This document shows positions 37,181-46,110 of a stretch of DNA of 64,000 nucleotides, piece by piece. Numbering within the stretch: the first letter of the stretch is position 1; the number at the start of each line of letters is the position of its first letter. The translations under genes were made by a program, and so were the position numbers. Under the pieces are notes generated by a model. It was not told the origin of the DNA, searched no databases, and saw nothing but the letters and a program-made list of their open reading frames with translations. Origin of the DNA: an uncultured Candidatus Saccharibacteria bacterium (GTDB lineage Bacteria; Patescibacteriota; WWE3; UBA101185; UBA10185); the NCBI GenBank assembly GCA_964510435.1, contig CAZEBU010000001.1, positions 52,627-116,626 of the forward strand. The letters run 5' to 3'.

Positions 37181-37210
37181 GTGGCAAACGTCGTTTACTA
37201 TGGTCGACCA
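37181..37210 (+). repeat. junction repeat, copy 6
   Basis: GTGGCAAACGTCGTTTACTATGGTCGACCA. Confidence 0.55.
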
Positions 37211-37233
37211 TGGAAGTTTGTTAATATTAGGAT

Positions 37234-37968
37234 GTGAACAAAAAAGGTTTTTCTGCTATTTTAGTTTTAACGCTGGTAGTTGTTACCGTAACTGTTTTTG
37301 TTCTTTACACAATACACTCTTCAAAGAAATCGACAGCACAGTTTTTTTCAACTCAAAAGCTTGCATACAGTAGTAATGGTATGGCCAGAGTGTACGATTT
37401 TTCGTCAAATAATCAGCTAGATCTGAAGATATTGTCAGTTACAAGCTTTTTGTGGTCCCATAATGGAAAAGAACTTGCATTAATGGTTCAAGGGGAATAC
37501 GATCCCGGCAAACTTACGTTCATACCTATTAAAAGAGTTTATGCAACAACTGCAGGATTTAATTACATGGTCTATTTAGTGGATCTGGAAACTGGGATCA
37601 CAACCTTGCTATTGGATAAAGTTTTTGGAAAAGTTCGGTGGTCAAAAGACACTACAGGACTATATTTTACAGAACAGTACCGTCAAGGAAGGCCGCTTAT
37701 CCTGGGAAATCAATCAGGCTTGCCACCAGACCAAGAGGAATATTTTTTCATATCTTTGGATGGAGAAAAGAGGAAAACAACAAAAAAAGAATTTGACGAA
37801 ACTTCTTACTTTAATACAGCAAGTTCACTAAACTCCCCCGATGGGAAACTCATCATAGAACTGTCTGATAACATTGTGGGGGATAAACAAATGAAAATAA
37901 AAGACCAAAACAACAATATAGTTGTTGAGCTTACAGGGCAACTCCCTGTATGGGCACCTATCCTGTAA
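37234..37968 (+). CDS. membrane-anchored protein with PD40/TolB-like beta-propeller repeats
   Basis: An N-terminal TM helix and repeated W/SxDGKxL motifs. Confidence 0.35.
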   Translation: MNKKGFSAILVLTLVVVTVTVFVLYTIHSSKKSTAQFFSTQKLAYSSNGMARVYDFSSNNQLDLKILSVTSFLWSHNGKELALMVQGEYDPGKLTFIPIKRVYATTAGFNYMVYLVDLETGITTLLLDKVFGKVRWSKDTTGLYFTEQYRQGRPLILGNQSGLPPDQEEYFFISLDGEKRKTTKKEFDETSYFNTASSLNSPDGKLIIELSDNIVGDKQMKIKDQNNNIVVELTGQLPVWAPIL

Positions 37969-37992
37969 AACTTCGTTCCGTATAGTCGAGCA
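37965..37992 (+). repeat. junction repeat, copy 7 (overlaps the stop codon of the preceding gene)
   Basis: GTAAAACTTCGTTCCGTATAGTCGAGCA. Confidence 0.5.
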
Positions 37993-37996
37993 GATT

Positions 37997-39418
37997 TTAA
38001 ATAATATGCTTTAACCTATTCAGACTATAAGCATACCCTAATTCGTTGTTGTTAAAATTGCTGGTAGAAAGAACTCTTAAACCAATTTGAAGTTGACAGA
38101 TCCTATGGCGTTCCCAATAATTCGATACATTTAATCCCCTATCTTTTATGTAACTAAGATATTTTTTGCTAAAATCGTCATCTTTGTGCCAAAAGTCATA
38201 CCACGCCGGATCATACACAAAATCACCAATCATCGAATTTGCCCAATCTAGTACAGTAACCTGCTTTGTTTCCGGATTATAAATTACATCAGCATAACCA
38301 TAATCACTGTGGACTAAATATGCATCTTTTAACTGGGTGTATTTTAACAATATCTTCATCTCGGTTAATGCAGACTTAAATATATTTTTGTGCTCTACAC
38401 CATCTTTGAGTAGTTGTTTATATTTTTTCTCATGCAAAAATTTCAATAAAAAATCTTCCCAATTTTGATAGAGAGCGCTTCTTTTCTTATTCCAAGACCC
38501 AAAACCCCCGAACTTATCTATTCGCGCAGTGTGTATTTTATATAAGGTCTGTATAACATAGGGTAAGGCTGTGGAATACTCATCTTTATCCAAATCATAT
38601 AAAACACGTCCCAAAACTCTTTCTGATATGGCGTAATAAACTTTTTTACTATATCTACCTAAATTAGTAACCTCGGGAATAGAAAAATATTCAGAGAAAT
38701 CCTCATAAGCAAGTTTATCTTTGTAGAGATTTTCATAATTTTTGCTGAACCTAACAACATACTCTTTTTCTTTATGCACGAATGTGAAAGTGTTGGTTGT
38801 AGAACCATACTTTATTTCTTCAATATTATTTGCTTCTATGTTCAGTTCTTTTCTGAGAAAATTCATTGCGTCACTTTTCCCAACTGAAGGTTTATTGCCA
38901 ACGGTATTAGCATAGGTTTCAATGTGCGGCAGAATTCCTACATAACACAATAAATAACTATCCTTAGAAATTGCACCTGTTTCTATGCCAACCAAGAACG
39001 CTATGATCCTATGTAGTCCGTCTACGAGCTGCCTATTATTCTTTTCATATGACTCATTGAGAACTAAAGCCGGATTAACTCTTCTGCCAATACTAAAAGA
39101 TTCAACGATATTTTCTATTTTGACTACAAAATTAAGGTCAACATTCTTAATTTCTTTATAATTATTACGATAGTTTGCAGCCATTTCAGCTGCCGAAAAT
39201 TGTGAATAGTTTTTTGTCAGGTAGTAAGATGTTGTGTTTGGAGTTTTTTTAGGATCAGACCAAAGAAGGGTACTAACTAAATTGTTGTAGAAAAACCTTT
39301 TTGAACCTAACCAACTATACTTAATAATCATATCGGATACATCCCAACCTCTTTTTTCTTTCCCAGCTTCCACCTTTTCGAAAACATCCAAAATCACACT
39401 ACGTGGGACATACTCCAT
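37997..39418 (-). CDS. two-domain protein: N-terminal ParB/Srx-like domain fused to an APH/choline-kinase-like phosphotransferase domain
   Basis: The N-terminal part has QLVDGLHRIIAFL (cf. the ParB DGHHR motif). The C-terminal part has VHSDYGYADVIY...VLDWANS, the kinase catalytic loop and DFG-equivalent. Confidence 0.45.
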   Translation of the reverse strand: MEYVPRSVILDVFEKVEAGKEKRGWDVSDMIIKYSWLGSKRFFYNNLVSTLLWSDPKKTPNTTSYYLTKNYSQFSAAEMAANYRNNYKEIKNVDLNFVVKIENIVESFSIGRRVNPALVLNESYEKNNRQLVDGLHRIIAFLVGIETGAISKDSYLLCYVGILPHIETYANTVGNKPSVGKSDAMNFLRKELNIEANNIEEIKYGSTTNTFTFVHKEKEYVVRFSKNYENLYKDKLAYEDFSEYFSIPEVTNLGRYSKKVYYAISERVLGRVLYDLDKDEYSTALPYVIQTLYKIHTARIDKFGGFGSWNKKRSALYQNWEDFLLKFLHEKKYKQLLKDGVEHKNIFKSALTEMKILLKYTQLKDAYLVHSDYGYADVIYNPETKQVTVLDWANSMIGDFVYDPAWYDFWHKDDDFSKKYLSYIKDRGLNVSNYWERHRICQLQIGLRVLSTSNFNNNELGYAYSLNRLKHII

Positions 39419-39453
39419 GGCTACATACTAACAGTCCTTGTATCAACAGAAAA

Positions 39454-39492
39454 GTTCAAAACATCGTTCCGTCGAGTCGGCCACCCCGACCA
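39454..39492 (+). repeat. junction repeat copy 8 fused to a tRNA-Pro 3'-end-like sequence
   Basis: GTTCAAAACATCGTTCC followed by GTCGAGTCGGCCACCCCGACCA. The final 20 nt differ by 1-2 nt from the 3' ends of both tRNA-Pro genes. Confidence 0.55.
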
Positions 39493-39507
39493 TGATAAAA
39501 TCAACTC

Positions 39508-39840
39508 ATGATAATTACCCTCGACAGAAAAATAACACCCGAGGAGTTTGAGAAAGCAAGGGAAGTTTACAATGACTATATAAAAACCGTCATCGATGTG
39601 GAAAGAAATATACTAGTAGTCGGCGGCGAGTACCATATAGATTGTGAAGAAGTTTTGCTTAAAACGGGAAGTAAACTTGAAAACCTTTACGGTGGGGGTT
39701 ATAAGGTCAGCACAAAGGAGGTTGAGTATATGGCAATGAGTAATTACAAACCTGCTTTAGGAAAAACAACCTATGAAATAATGGACAAAGAAATTCGTGA
39801 CAAATTATATAAGTTAACAAAGAAGTACTTGGAAATATGA
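39508..39840 (+). CDS. hypothetical protein
   Basis: ORF in a cassette. Confidence 0.3.
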   Translation: MIITLDRKITPEEFEKAREVYNDYIKTVIDVERNILVVGGEYHIDCEEVLLKTGSKLENLYGGGYKVSTKEVEYMAMSNYKPALGKTTYEIMDKEIRDKLYKLTKKYLEI

Positions 39841-40115
39841 ACAGAGATAAACAATTCATTATAAACTCAATAAAGATGGATCTTCATAGGGTCGTAACAG
39901 CCGCGGGTGATATAACAAAAAAAGCGCCCACAGAATCGATAAGAACATTCATGGAACATGCAGATAAAGACTTTGATAAAACCGAATTAGATGAAAGGGA
40001 AAAAAGTATCAGACAGGAACTAAAAGCGCTTGCAAATAATCTGGAGGCCTTGTCAGATCCACACACCAGGCTGAGATGGACCGAGGATGTCATGACTGCC
40101 CGGTGCAGGTTGTGA
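39837..40115 (+). CDS. hypothetical protein
   Basis: ORF with a 4-nt overlap with the upstream gene. Confidence 0.3.
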   Translation: MNRDKQFIINSIKMDLHRVVTAAGDITKKAPTESIRTFMEHADKDFDKTELDEREKSIRQELKALANNLEALSDPHTRLRWTEDVMTARCRL

Positions 40116-40121
40116 TAAAGC

Positions 40122-40147
40122 GCAAAACTTCGTTCCGTATAGTTAAC
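40122..40147 (+). repeat. junction repeat, copy 9 (3' half degenerate)
   Basis: GCAAAACTTCGTTCCGTATAGTTAAC. Confidence 0.45.
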
Positions 40148-40191
40148 TGTAATCTTTGGTCGCTGTCACAACAAAAATAACTGAGTTAAAA

Positions 40192-40965
40192 CTAAAAATC
40201 GTACAATACTTTCAATCTCCTTAGTTCAATAATTCCTTTATCAAAGTAGGTATTCCAATCAGTTGCTATCTGGGGCTCATAAGAAAATTTCAAACCCCCG
40301 TTTGTGATATTAATCTCAGAAAGCGTTACACCGCTGGGTTTGGAGTCTAAATTAGACTGCGCCAGTAAAAGTGTACTATCTTTTTCAACAATCAAAGCCA
40401 TGTGTGTATACTCACCTTTTAAGTTAATCAATACTAAATCTAGAGGTTGTATTTCATCCTGGGCTATCTCTGTTGAAGCGTGACCTGCAAAAACAAATAC
40501 ACCGGCATGACTAACCTGGTGTTTTTCGTCATGCGCCCAGGCCAGGGAGTTGATAAACTCCTCTAATCGCTCTAATTTTTCGAAAGCAAAGTGCAGAACA
40601 TGAAATACAAATCCGGAACAGTCAACTCCCAATCCATATAGTTTCATAAACTCCCTAATACCTTCGGGGTTTGCGTTCTCAAGATTAAACTCTAGTTGTT
40701 TTGAAATCTCAATTACTGCCGATTCAAGTTCCTCGGGGCTGCCCTTTCCTCTATACCAACCGAAAGGAGCTTCCTTGTTTTTATACATCTCGTGAACTTT
40801 CTTAGCGTGTTCCTCCGGAACTTGTGCTTTTTCCATCAAACCGTCCACAACATACAGCCCAACATTATTTATATAGTATGGTGTTCTCACCTTCTTTTTG
40901 TAAACTCGGAGATTAAGATAGTCGTCGATTCTATCAAGTGCGTGCTCATTTAATTTGCTAAGCAT
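40192..40965 (-). CDS. NlpC/P60-like papain-fold cysteine peptidase domain protein
   Basis: A GVDCSGFVFHVLH Cys motif and downstream His residues. Confidence 0.35.
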   Translation of the reverse strand: MLSKLNEHALDRIDDYLNLRVYKKKVRTPYYINNVGLYVVDGLMEKAQVPEEHAKKVHEMYKNKEAPFGWYRGKGSPEELESAVIEISKQLEFNLENANPEGIREFMKLYGLGVDCSGFVFHVLHFAFEKLERLEEFINSLAWAHDEKHQVSHAGVFVFAGHASTEIAQDEIQPLDLVLINLKGEYTHMALIVEKDSTLLLAQSNLDSKPSGVTLSEINITNGGLKFSYEPQIATDWNTYFDKGIIELRRLKVLYDF

Positions 40966-41019
40966 AGCAGTATTATAACGTGTTTATGTATTGAGTTTTT
41001 CAGATGGTAGAATTACCCT

Positions 41020-41994
41020 ATGAAAATAAAAGATAGAATTTATGGTGATATAGAGATAAAAACTCCCGTTTTAGTTGAGCTGATAGGATCAAAACCTTTC
41101 CAAAGATTAAAGAGAATAAGTCAAGATGGCGTCACCCACTTTATTCAACCAGGTAGAGATGTGACTAGATATGAACACAGTATTGGGGTTTGGTATTTAT
41201 CAAACAAATACAAAAGACCAATAGAAGAACAAATAGCAGCCCTCTTACACGACATACCACACACAGCATTTTCGCATGTAATAGATTTTGTTGTTAAAGA
41301 CGAAAACCACGAGTTTCACGAGAGATTCACTAGGAAAATAATACTGGATTCTGAAATACCATCCATATTAACGAAAAACGGGATAGGTACAAACAAGGTG
41401 TTGCAAAAAGAAAATTATGATCTACTAGAAAACGACTTGCCGGATATATCCGTAGACCGATGGGATTATTTTATGCGGGATGGATACACAATTGGTTTTC
41501 TACCAAAAACATTGATACATGAATTTCTAAACGGTATCTACTTAGAAAACAATAAGTTTTACTTCGAAGATATAAGATTGGCTTCCGTATTTTCCATACT
41601 CTTTGTAAACTTCTCCCGGCTCATATGGCTGGATCCCACGTCACATGGAGCGTTTTCCCTACTTGCAAAGGCGCTTAGGATTGCTATGGAAAACAATAAC
41701 ATTACCGAAGAAGACTTCTTCACAGATGATGAAACATTACTAGAAAAGCTGAAAAGCGCAAACAACAGTGACATAAATAAGCTGCTAAGTAGACTAGAGC
41801 CAGGTAATGAATTTGTGTACGCAGAAGAGCACGAGGCAGAGTTTTACGGACCAGACAAACCAAGATATGTAAATCCACTGGTAAAAACTGAAAAAGGCTT
41901 ACAAAGAATATCTGAGCTAGTTCCCAGTTTAGGTTACTTCTTTAAAGAATTTACAAAAAACTATAAGTACTTAGGAGTAAAACAAGAGTGCTAA
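41020..41994 (+). CDS. HD-domain phosphohydrolase
   Basis: YEHSIGVWYLS...LLHDIPHTAFSH. Confidence 0.6.
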   Translation: MKIKDRIYGDIEIKTPVLVELIGSKPFQRLKRISQDGVTHFIQPGRDVTRYEHSIGVWYLSNKYKRPIEEQIAALLHDIPHTAFSHVIDFVVKDENHEFHERFTRKIILDSEIPSILTKNGIGTNKVLQKENYDLLENDLPDISVDRWDYFMRDGYTIGFLPKTLIHEFLNGIYLENNKFYFEDIRLASVFSILFVNFSRLIWLDPTSHGAFSLLAKALRIAMENNNITEEDFFTDDETLLEKLKSANNSDINKLLSRLEPGNEFVYAEEHEAEFYGPDKPRYVNPLVKTEKGLQRISELVPSLGYFFKEFTKNYKYLGVKQEC

Positions 41995-42025
41995 CACAAA
42001 GCAGATACACACGATCTGGAAACCT

Positions 42026-42058
42026 ACATGTTAGACATAGTGTCTAACACATGTTAGA
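42026..42058. promoter_or_regulatory. operator-like repeat upstream of phd-vapC
   Basis: ACATGTTAGA-CATAGTGTCTA-ACATGTTAGA: direct repeats of ACATGTTAGA flanking an inverted segment, 9 nt upstream of the antitoxin start. Confidence 0.4.
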
Positions 42059-42066
42059 ATCGCCTC

Positions 42067-42360
42067 ATGCAAAAATTAAAGTCAATAAACATAAGAGATT
42101 TTCAACATAATTTATCCATGTACCTAGACTTAGTTAAATTGAAGCCTTTGGTAATAACAAGAAATGGTGTGGAAGAAGCCGTTTTTATCGATCCTGCTTC
42201 GTATGAATACAAGAAAAAGTCAAAAAAATCAGTTAGAAAGTCTCAAGATATGATGGATTCTGCATTTATTGGTATGCACAAAAATAGAAAAGGCTGGAAA
42301 ACAAAAACTAACGCAGCGATTGCAGGTAAGTTGAGGGGCAATGCTTGGAGTGGTAACTAA
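42067..42360 (+). CDS. Phd/YefM-type antitoxin
   Basis: INIRDFQHNLSMYLDLV...PLVITRNGVEEAVFIDPASYE. Confidence 0.55.
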   Translation: MQKLKSINIRDFQHNLSMYLDLVKLKPLVITRNGVEEAVFIDPASYEYKKKSKKSVRKSQDMMDSAFIGMHKNRKGWKTKTNAAIAGKLRGNAWSGN

Positions 42361-42730
42361 AATACTTGCTGACACCTCTATCATAATAGGTCTACAAAGA
42401 GCTGACGAACCTGTCACCAATTTATTTTCGAAGCACCAAAAACACATAAGAGTGTCTAGAATTACAGCCTGTGAGCTACTTTATGGATCCAGAAACAGCA
42501 AAGAGAAGAAATTGAACAAAGACTTTATAGACAAACTCAATATAGTTGAAATTGACCCTGAAATATCGCTATTATCATATAAATTAATAGATAAATATGG
42601 ATTAAAGACCAAGTTTGGGATAGCAGACTCTCTAATAGCAGCTACGGCTATTTCGAGAAAGCTATCTTTGTGGACAGAAAATACAAAGCATTTTAGATCG
42701 ATCAAAGAAGTTTCTATTTTCAAACATTAG
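42341..42730 (+). CDS. vapC: VapC-type PIN-domain toxin
   Basis: ADTSIIIGL...ITACELLYG...IADSLIAATA. It overlaps the antitoxin by 20 nt. Confidence 0.65.
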   Translation: MLGVVTKILADTSIIIGLQRADEPVTNLFSKHQKHIRVSRITACELLYGSRNSKEKKLNKDFIDKLNIVEIDPEISLLSYKLIDKYGLKTKFGIADSLIAATAISRKLSLWTENTKHFRSIKEVSIFKH

Positions 42731-42741
42731 GTGTAAAAAAA

Positions 42742-43179
42742 GTGATCCACGTGGCCATACTAAAAAAACAATGGAAACTTATGCAAAAAATCCTTTCAGG
42801 AGAAAAAACTATTGAGTCAAGATGGTATAAAAACAAAATAGCTCCCTGGAACAGAGTAGAACCCGGAGATACCATCTATTTTAAAAACTCGGGGGAAGAA
42901 ATTAAGGTTAAAGCTCAAGTTACAAAAGTTGAGCAGTTTAGAATAGAAAGTAAGAAGCAAGCGTTTGAGATCATGAAAAAATACTCTAAACAAATTCTAG
43001 GCTCAGCCAATATTCCAAAATCAGTTAATAACTACATTTCCGGTAAAAACTACACCATTTTAGTTCATTTTAACAAAGTGGAAAAGGTCACACCCTTTAA
43101 TATTGATAAAACCGGATTTGGAACACAAGCTGCTTGGCTAATTACAGATGATATCAATAAATTAAGGCAATCGGATTAA
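42742..43179 (+). CDS. ASCH-domain protein
   Basis: GEKTIESRW...GDTIYFK, a PUA-like fold. Confidence 0.55.
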   Translation: MIHVAILKKQWKLMQKILSGEKTIESRWYKNKIAPWNRVEPGDTIYFKNSGEEIKVKAQVTKVEQFRIESKKQAFEIMKKYSKQILGSANIPKSVNNYISGKNYTILVHFNKVEKVTPFNIDKTGFGTQAAWLITDDINKLRQSD

Positions 43180-43236
43180 CTATTGTACTACGCCAACCTT
43201 GAATTGATAACATAATCCTAGTACACTTCTTAAACA

Positions 43237-44049
43237 GTGCTGGATTTACGACTAGTACCACTCTCCACAATTAAATTGCAAGAAGAAGTTGATCTGGAAA
43301 GACTTGGTGGTTTGGTAGAGGCGTTTAAGAAATCACAGATCTTAATAGATCCTCCTGTTGTCACAAAAGGATTAGGTAAGAGATTAATGCAAATCGATGG
43401 TGCAAATAGGATATCCATATTAAGGCTATTAGGTTGCAGTCACGTGGTCGTTCAGTTCGTTGACTATCAGGATACCTCTCAAGTATCAATTAAATCTTGG
43501 ACGCATGTTTCTAAGGTAAACAAGAGTGCGTTTACGAAAAAATTAAGGCGGATAGAGGGTGCGAAAACAGAAAGATTTAAACTAGGTCTGGGTGTAACAC
43601 TCACCGGTCATCCTCTCGCTTCGGCAACGGTAATTTTTAGAGACGGAAACGGACTTAGTGTTTACCCCGACTCTAACCTCTACAAAAGAGTTAAATTGAT
43701 GAGGAGAGTGGTAAAACTTTATGAAGAATCAATCGTGAGAGACAATATAGTCACCGTCGAAAGTAGAAATGCCTTGACCCAGTTTTTCAAAAAACACAAA
43801 GATAGCAATGTGGCCTTACTCTTCCCTACTTTTTCGAGCCATGAGATCTACAGTTTATTGGAAAGGGGCATCACTTTACCAACCGGTGTGACAAGACATT
43901 TAATTAATGAGCGGGTTTTAAGAATCAATTACCCCCTTGAGATGTTAAAAAAGCAGGTGAGCGCCGGCGAAAAGGAAAAATATTTTAAAAAATTCCTCTC
44001 CAACTTAAACCTACGTTTTTACGAAGAGTCAACCTACATAGTTGAGTAG
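43237..44049 (+). CDS. ParB/sulfiredoxin-like nuclease-domain protein
   Basis: LVPLSTIKLQEE...IDGANRISILRLLG, the ParB N-terminal domain motif. Confidence 0.45.
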   Translation: MLDLRLVPLSTIKLQEEVDLERLGGLVEAFKKSQILIDPPVVTKGLGKRLMQIDGANRISILRLLGCSHVVVQFVDYQDTSQVSIKSWTHVSKVNKSAFTKKLRRIEGAKTERFKLGLGVTLTGHPLASATVIFRDGNGLSVYPDSNLYKRVKLMRRVVKLYEESIVRDNIVTVESRNALTQFFKKHKDSNVALLFPTFSSHEIYSLLERGITLPTGVTRHLINERVLRINYPLEMLKKQVSAGEKEKYFKKFLSNLNLRFYEESTYIVE

Positions 44050-44062
44050 TTTCTCAATCCCC

Positions 44063-44968
44063 CTATGGTTTTTCCTCAACAGGATGTCCGCCAAACTGCC
44101 CACGCATAGCAGAGATTATTTTTCCTAAATAGCTTGGTTTTTCCTGACTCTTTATCCTTGTTTGCAGTGCGTGTTCAATGGCTCCCACTTCCAAACCTAA
44201 TTCTTTTCCTGTTTCCACCGTCCACTGACCTTCCCCGCTATGGCTTGCTCTACCACTTATAGCTTCTAAGTCTGCGCCGTATTTTTCGAAAGCTTTGGCT
44301 AAGTCACTAATCAATCTTGACTCTATCACCGAACCCTTGCCATACGGTTTCATAACTTCCTGTAAATCTAAATTAAATTCCGAATTCTTCAAAATATTAA
44401 AACCTTCCGCAATAGACTCCATCATACCGTATTCGATCCCATTGTGCACCATTTTCACAAAATGACCGGCGCCACTTTTTCCTAAATAAGCATAGCCTCC
44501 TGCTACTGCTAAATCCGCAAACATATCCTCGAATTTTACAAAGAGTTCTTTATCGCCTCCAATCATCAATGATGCTCCGTTTCTGGCACCGCTCGGTCCC
44601 CCGCTCACTCCAACATCCAAATAGCCTATACCTTGCTTTTCTAGTTCTGATGCACGACGCATAGACTCTTTGTAATTACTATTTCCACCATCAATGATCA
44701 CGTCACCCTTTTCCAGTAAAGTTAATAATTCTCCTAAAACTTCGTCAACTACTTTGTGAGGAACCATTATCCACACTAGTCTGGGTTTAGAGAGCTTTTT
44801 CACTAACTCAGCAAACGAATAAGCAGCAACTGCGCCTTTCCGGGTTGCTTCCTCAACAGGCTCCCTGGAGCGATTAGTCACTACTATGTCGTAACCCTTC
44901 TCTAACAATCTCTCTACCATGTTCGAGCCCATTTTTCCTAGCCCAATATAACCTATTTTAAAATTCAT
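44063..44968 (-). CDS. gnd: 6-phosphogluconate dehydrogenase (decarboxylating), short ~300-aa form
   Basis: IGLGKMGSNMVERL Rossmann motif and the conserved C-terminal 6PGDH domain. Confidence 0.75.
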   Translation of the reverse strand: MNFKIGYIGLGKMGSNMVERLLEKGYDIVVTNRSREPVEEATRKGAVAAYSFAELVKKLSKPRLVWIMVPHKVVDEVLGELLTLLEKGDVIIDGGNSNYKESMRRASELEKQGIGYLDVGVSGGPSGARNGASLMIGGDKELFVKFEDMFADLAVAGGYAYLGKSGAGHFVKMVHNGIEYGMMESIAEGFNILKNSEFNLDLQEVMKPYGKGSVIESRLISDLAKAFEKYGADLEAISGRASHSGEGQWTVETGKELGLEVGAIEHALQTRIKSQEKPSYLGKIISAMRGQFGGHPVEEKP

Positions 44969-46088
44969 TTATCTTAAAGGAAATTTTTACACGGTCGGGA
45001 TCTTCCAAAAAAAAGCCTTTTTCATAATCCTTAAGAGCAAAGGTGTGCGTTAGGGCACGCTTTAAAATTCCATCAAATTTATTGTTTACCTCCGCCATAG
45101 TAATCAATGCCTGAGAAAAATGTTTGGCATTGCTATTGACACTGCCCACAATAACCTGATTTTGCCTGACCAAATTTCTCATCAGGGCATTAGCATCTAT
45201 AGAAACCTCATTGGGATCTTTTCTGGGTATTCCCGTCATGAGATAAACCGCGTTTCTACTTAAATGAGGGATATATTTTAAGGCCAAACCACTAGCACCA
45301 CTGGCTTCAAAAACAATATCAGCCTGGCCAACGCTTTCCAAGACCTGCTCCGGGGAAAATGCCTTGCCATCAATATACTTTGCACCCATTTCTTTTGCTA
45401 ACTTGATCTTAATATTATTCTCACCCACTATTTCTACCACATACGTTTCTACACCGGATAATCTTAAATAAGCTACTGCTAAAAATCCCAGAGGCCCTGC
45501 CCCTATCACAATAGCTTTCTTGCATTTACCCCATTCCTTTGTATTCCAGTCATGCTCTATATGTTCGCAGCCATAAGGTAGGCGTGACTGCACGACTCTC
45601 ATCACCTCAAAGGCTTTTTCTACAACACTGAGAGGTTCGGTCCAAACAGCACTCTCTACTAGATTTTTGGGAAGAGAAACCAAATACTGCTCTTTAGCTT
45701 TCGTATATGAAGTCAAAAAACCGTGTAGTTTATGAATGCCGTGCTCTTTATATAAACCTGTATAACAATAATCAGAGTGCTTATTTTTGCATGAAATACA
45801 AATGCCGCACCCTCGCCTAACTGTGGGTACAACCAAATCACCAACCTTAAACTTTTTTACCTTAGAGCCGACTTCTTCCACAACGCCGTAACTTTCGTGG
45901 CCTAAAACCAAAAACTCTTCATTTTCCGGGGAGTCCACCAAATGATGCTTCAAAAGGTTATAGTCTGTTCCATCTATGCCGGTTTTAATAATTTTTATGA
46001 GTACTTCATCTTCTTGGGATATTTCCGGTTTTGGGATGTCAAAGTTAAACACGCCCTCTTTGTTTTTGTCCAAGCCTACCGCAAACAT
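44958..46088 (-). CDS. zinc-dependent medium-chain dehydrogenase (glucose/alcohol dehydrogenase family)
   Basis: GHESYGVVEEVG, the structural-zinc Cys cluster CGICISCKNKHSDYC, and the Rossmann motif GAGPLG. Confidence 0.6.
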   Translation of the reverse strand: MFAVGLDKNKEGVFNFDIPKPEISQEDEVLIKIIKTGIDGTDYNLLKHHLVDSPENEEFLVLGHESYGVVEEVGSKVKKFKVGDLVVPTVRRGCGICISCKNKHSDYCYTGLYKEHGIHKLHGFLTSYTKAKEQYLVSLPKNLVESAVWTEPLSVVEKAFEVMRVVQSRLPYGCEHIEHDWNTKEWGKCKKAIVIGAGPLGFLAVAYLRLSGVETYVVEIVGENNIKIKLAKEMGAKYIDGKAFSPEQVLESVGQADIVFEASGASGLALKYIPHLSRNAVYLMTGIPRKDPNEVSIDANALMRNLVRQNQVIVGSVNSNAKHFSQALITMAEVNNKFDGILKRALTHTFALKDYEKGFFLEDPDRVKISFKINEF

Positions 46089-46110
46089 TTATATATTATT
46101 GCACGAAGGT

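Larger units (their letters stand above)
27078..44049. mobile_element. putative tRNA-Pro-associated accessory island / cassette array (boundaries approximate)
   Basis: It begins at the tRNA 3' end. It is dense in TA modules and defence-like and metal-resistance genes. It contains tRNA 3'-end fragments at 28981-29001 and 39473-39492. It carries about 10 copies of a ~30-bp junction repeat. No integrase is present in the window. Confidence 0.45.
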
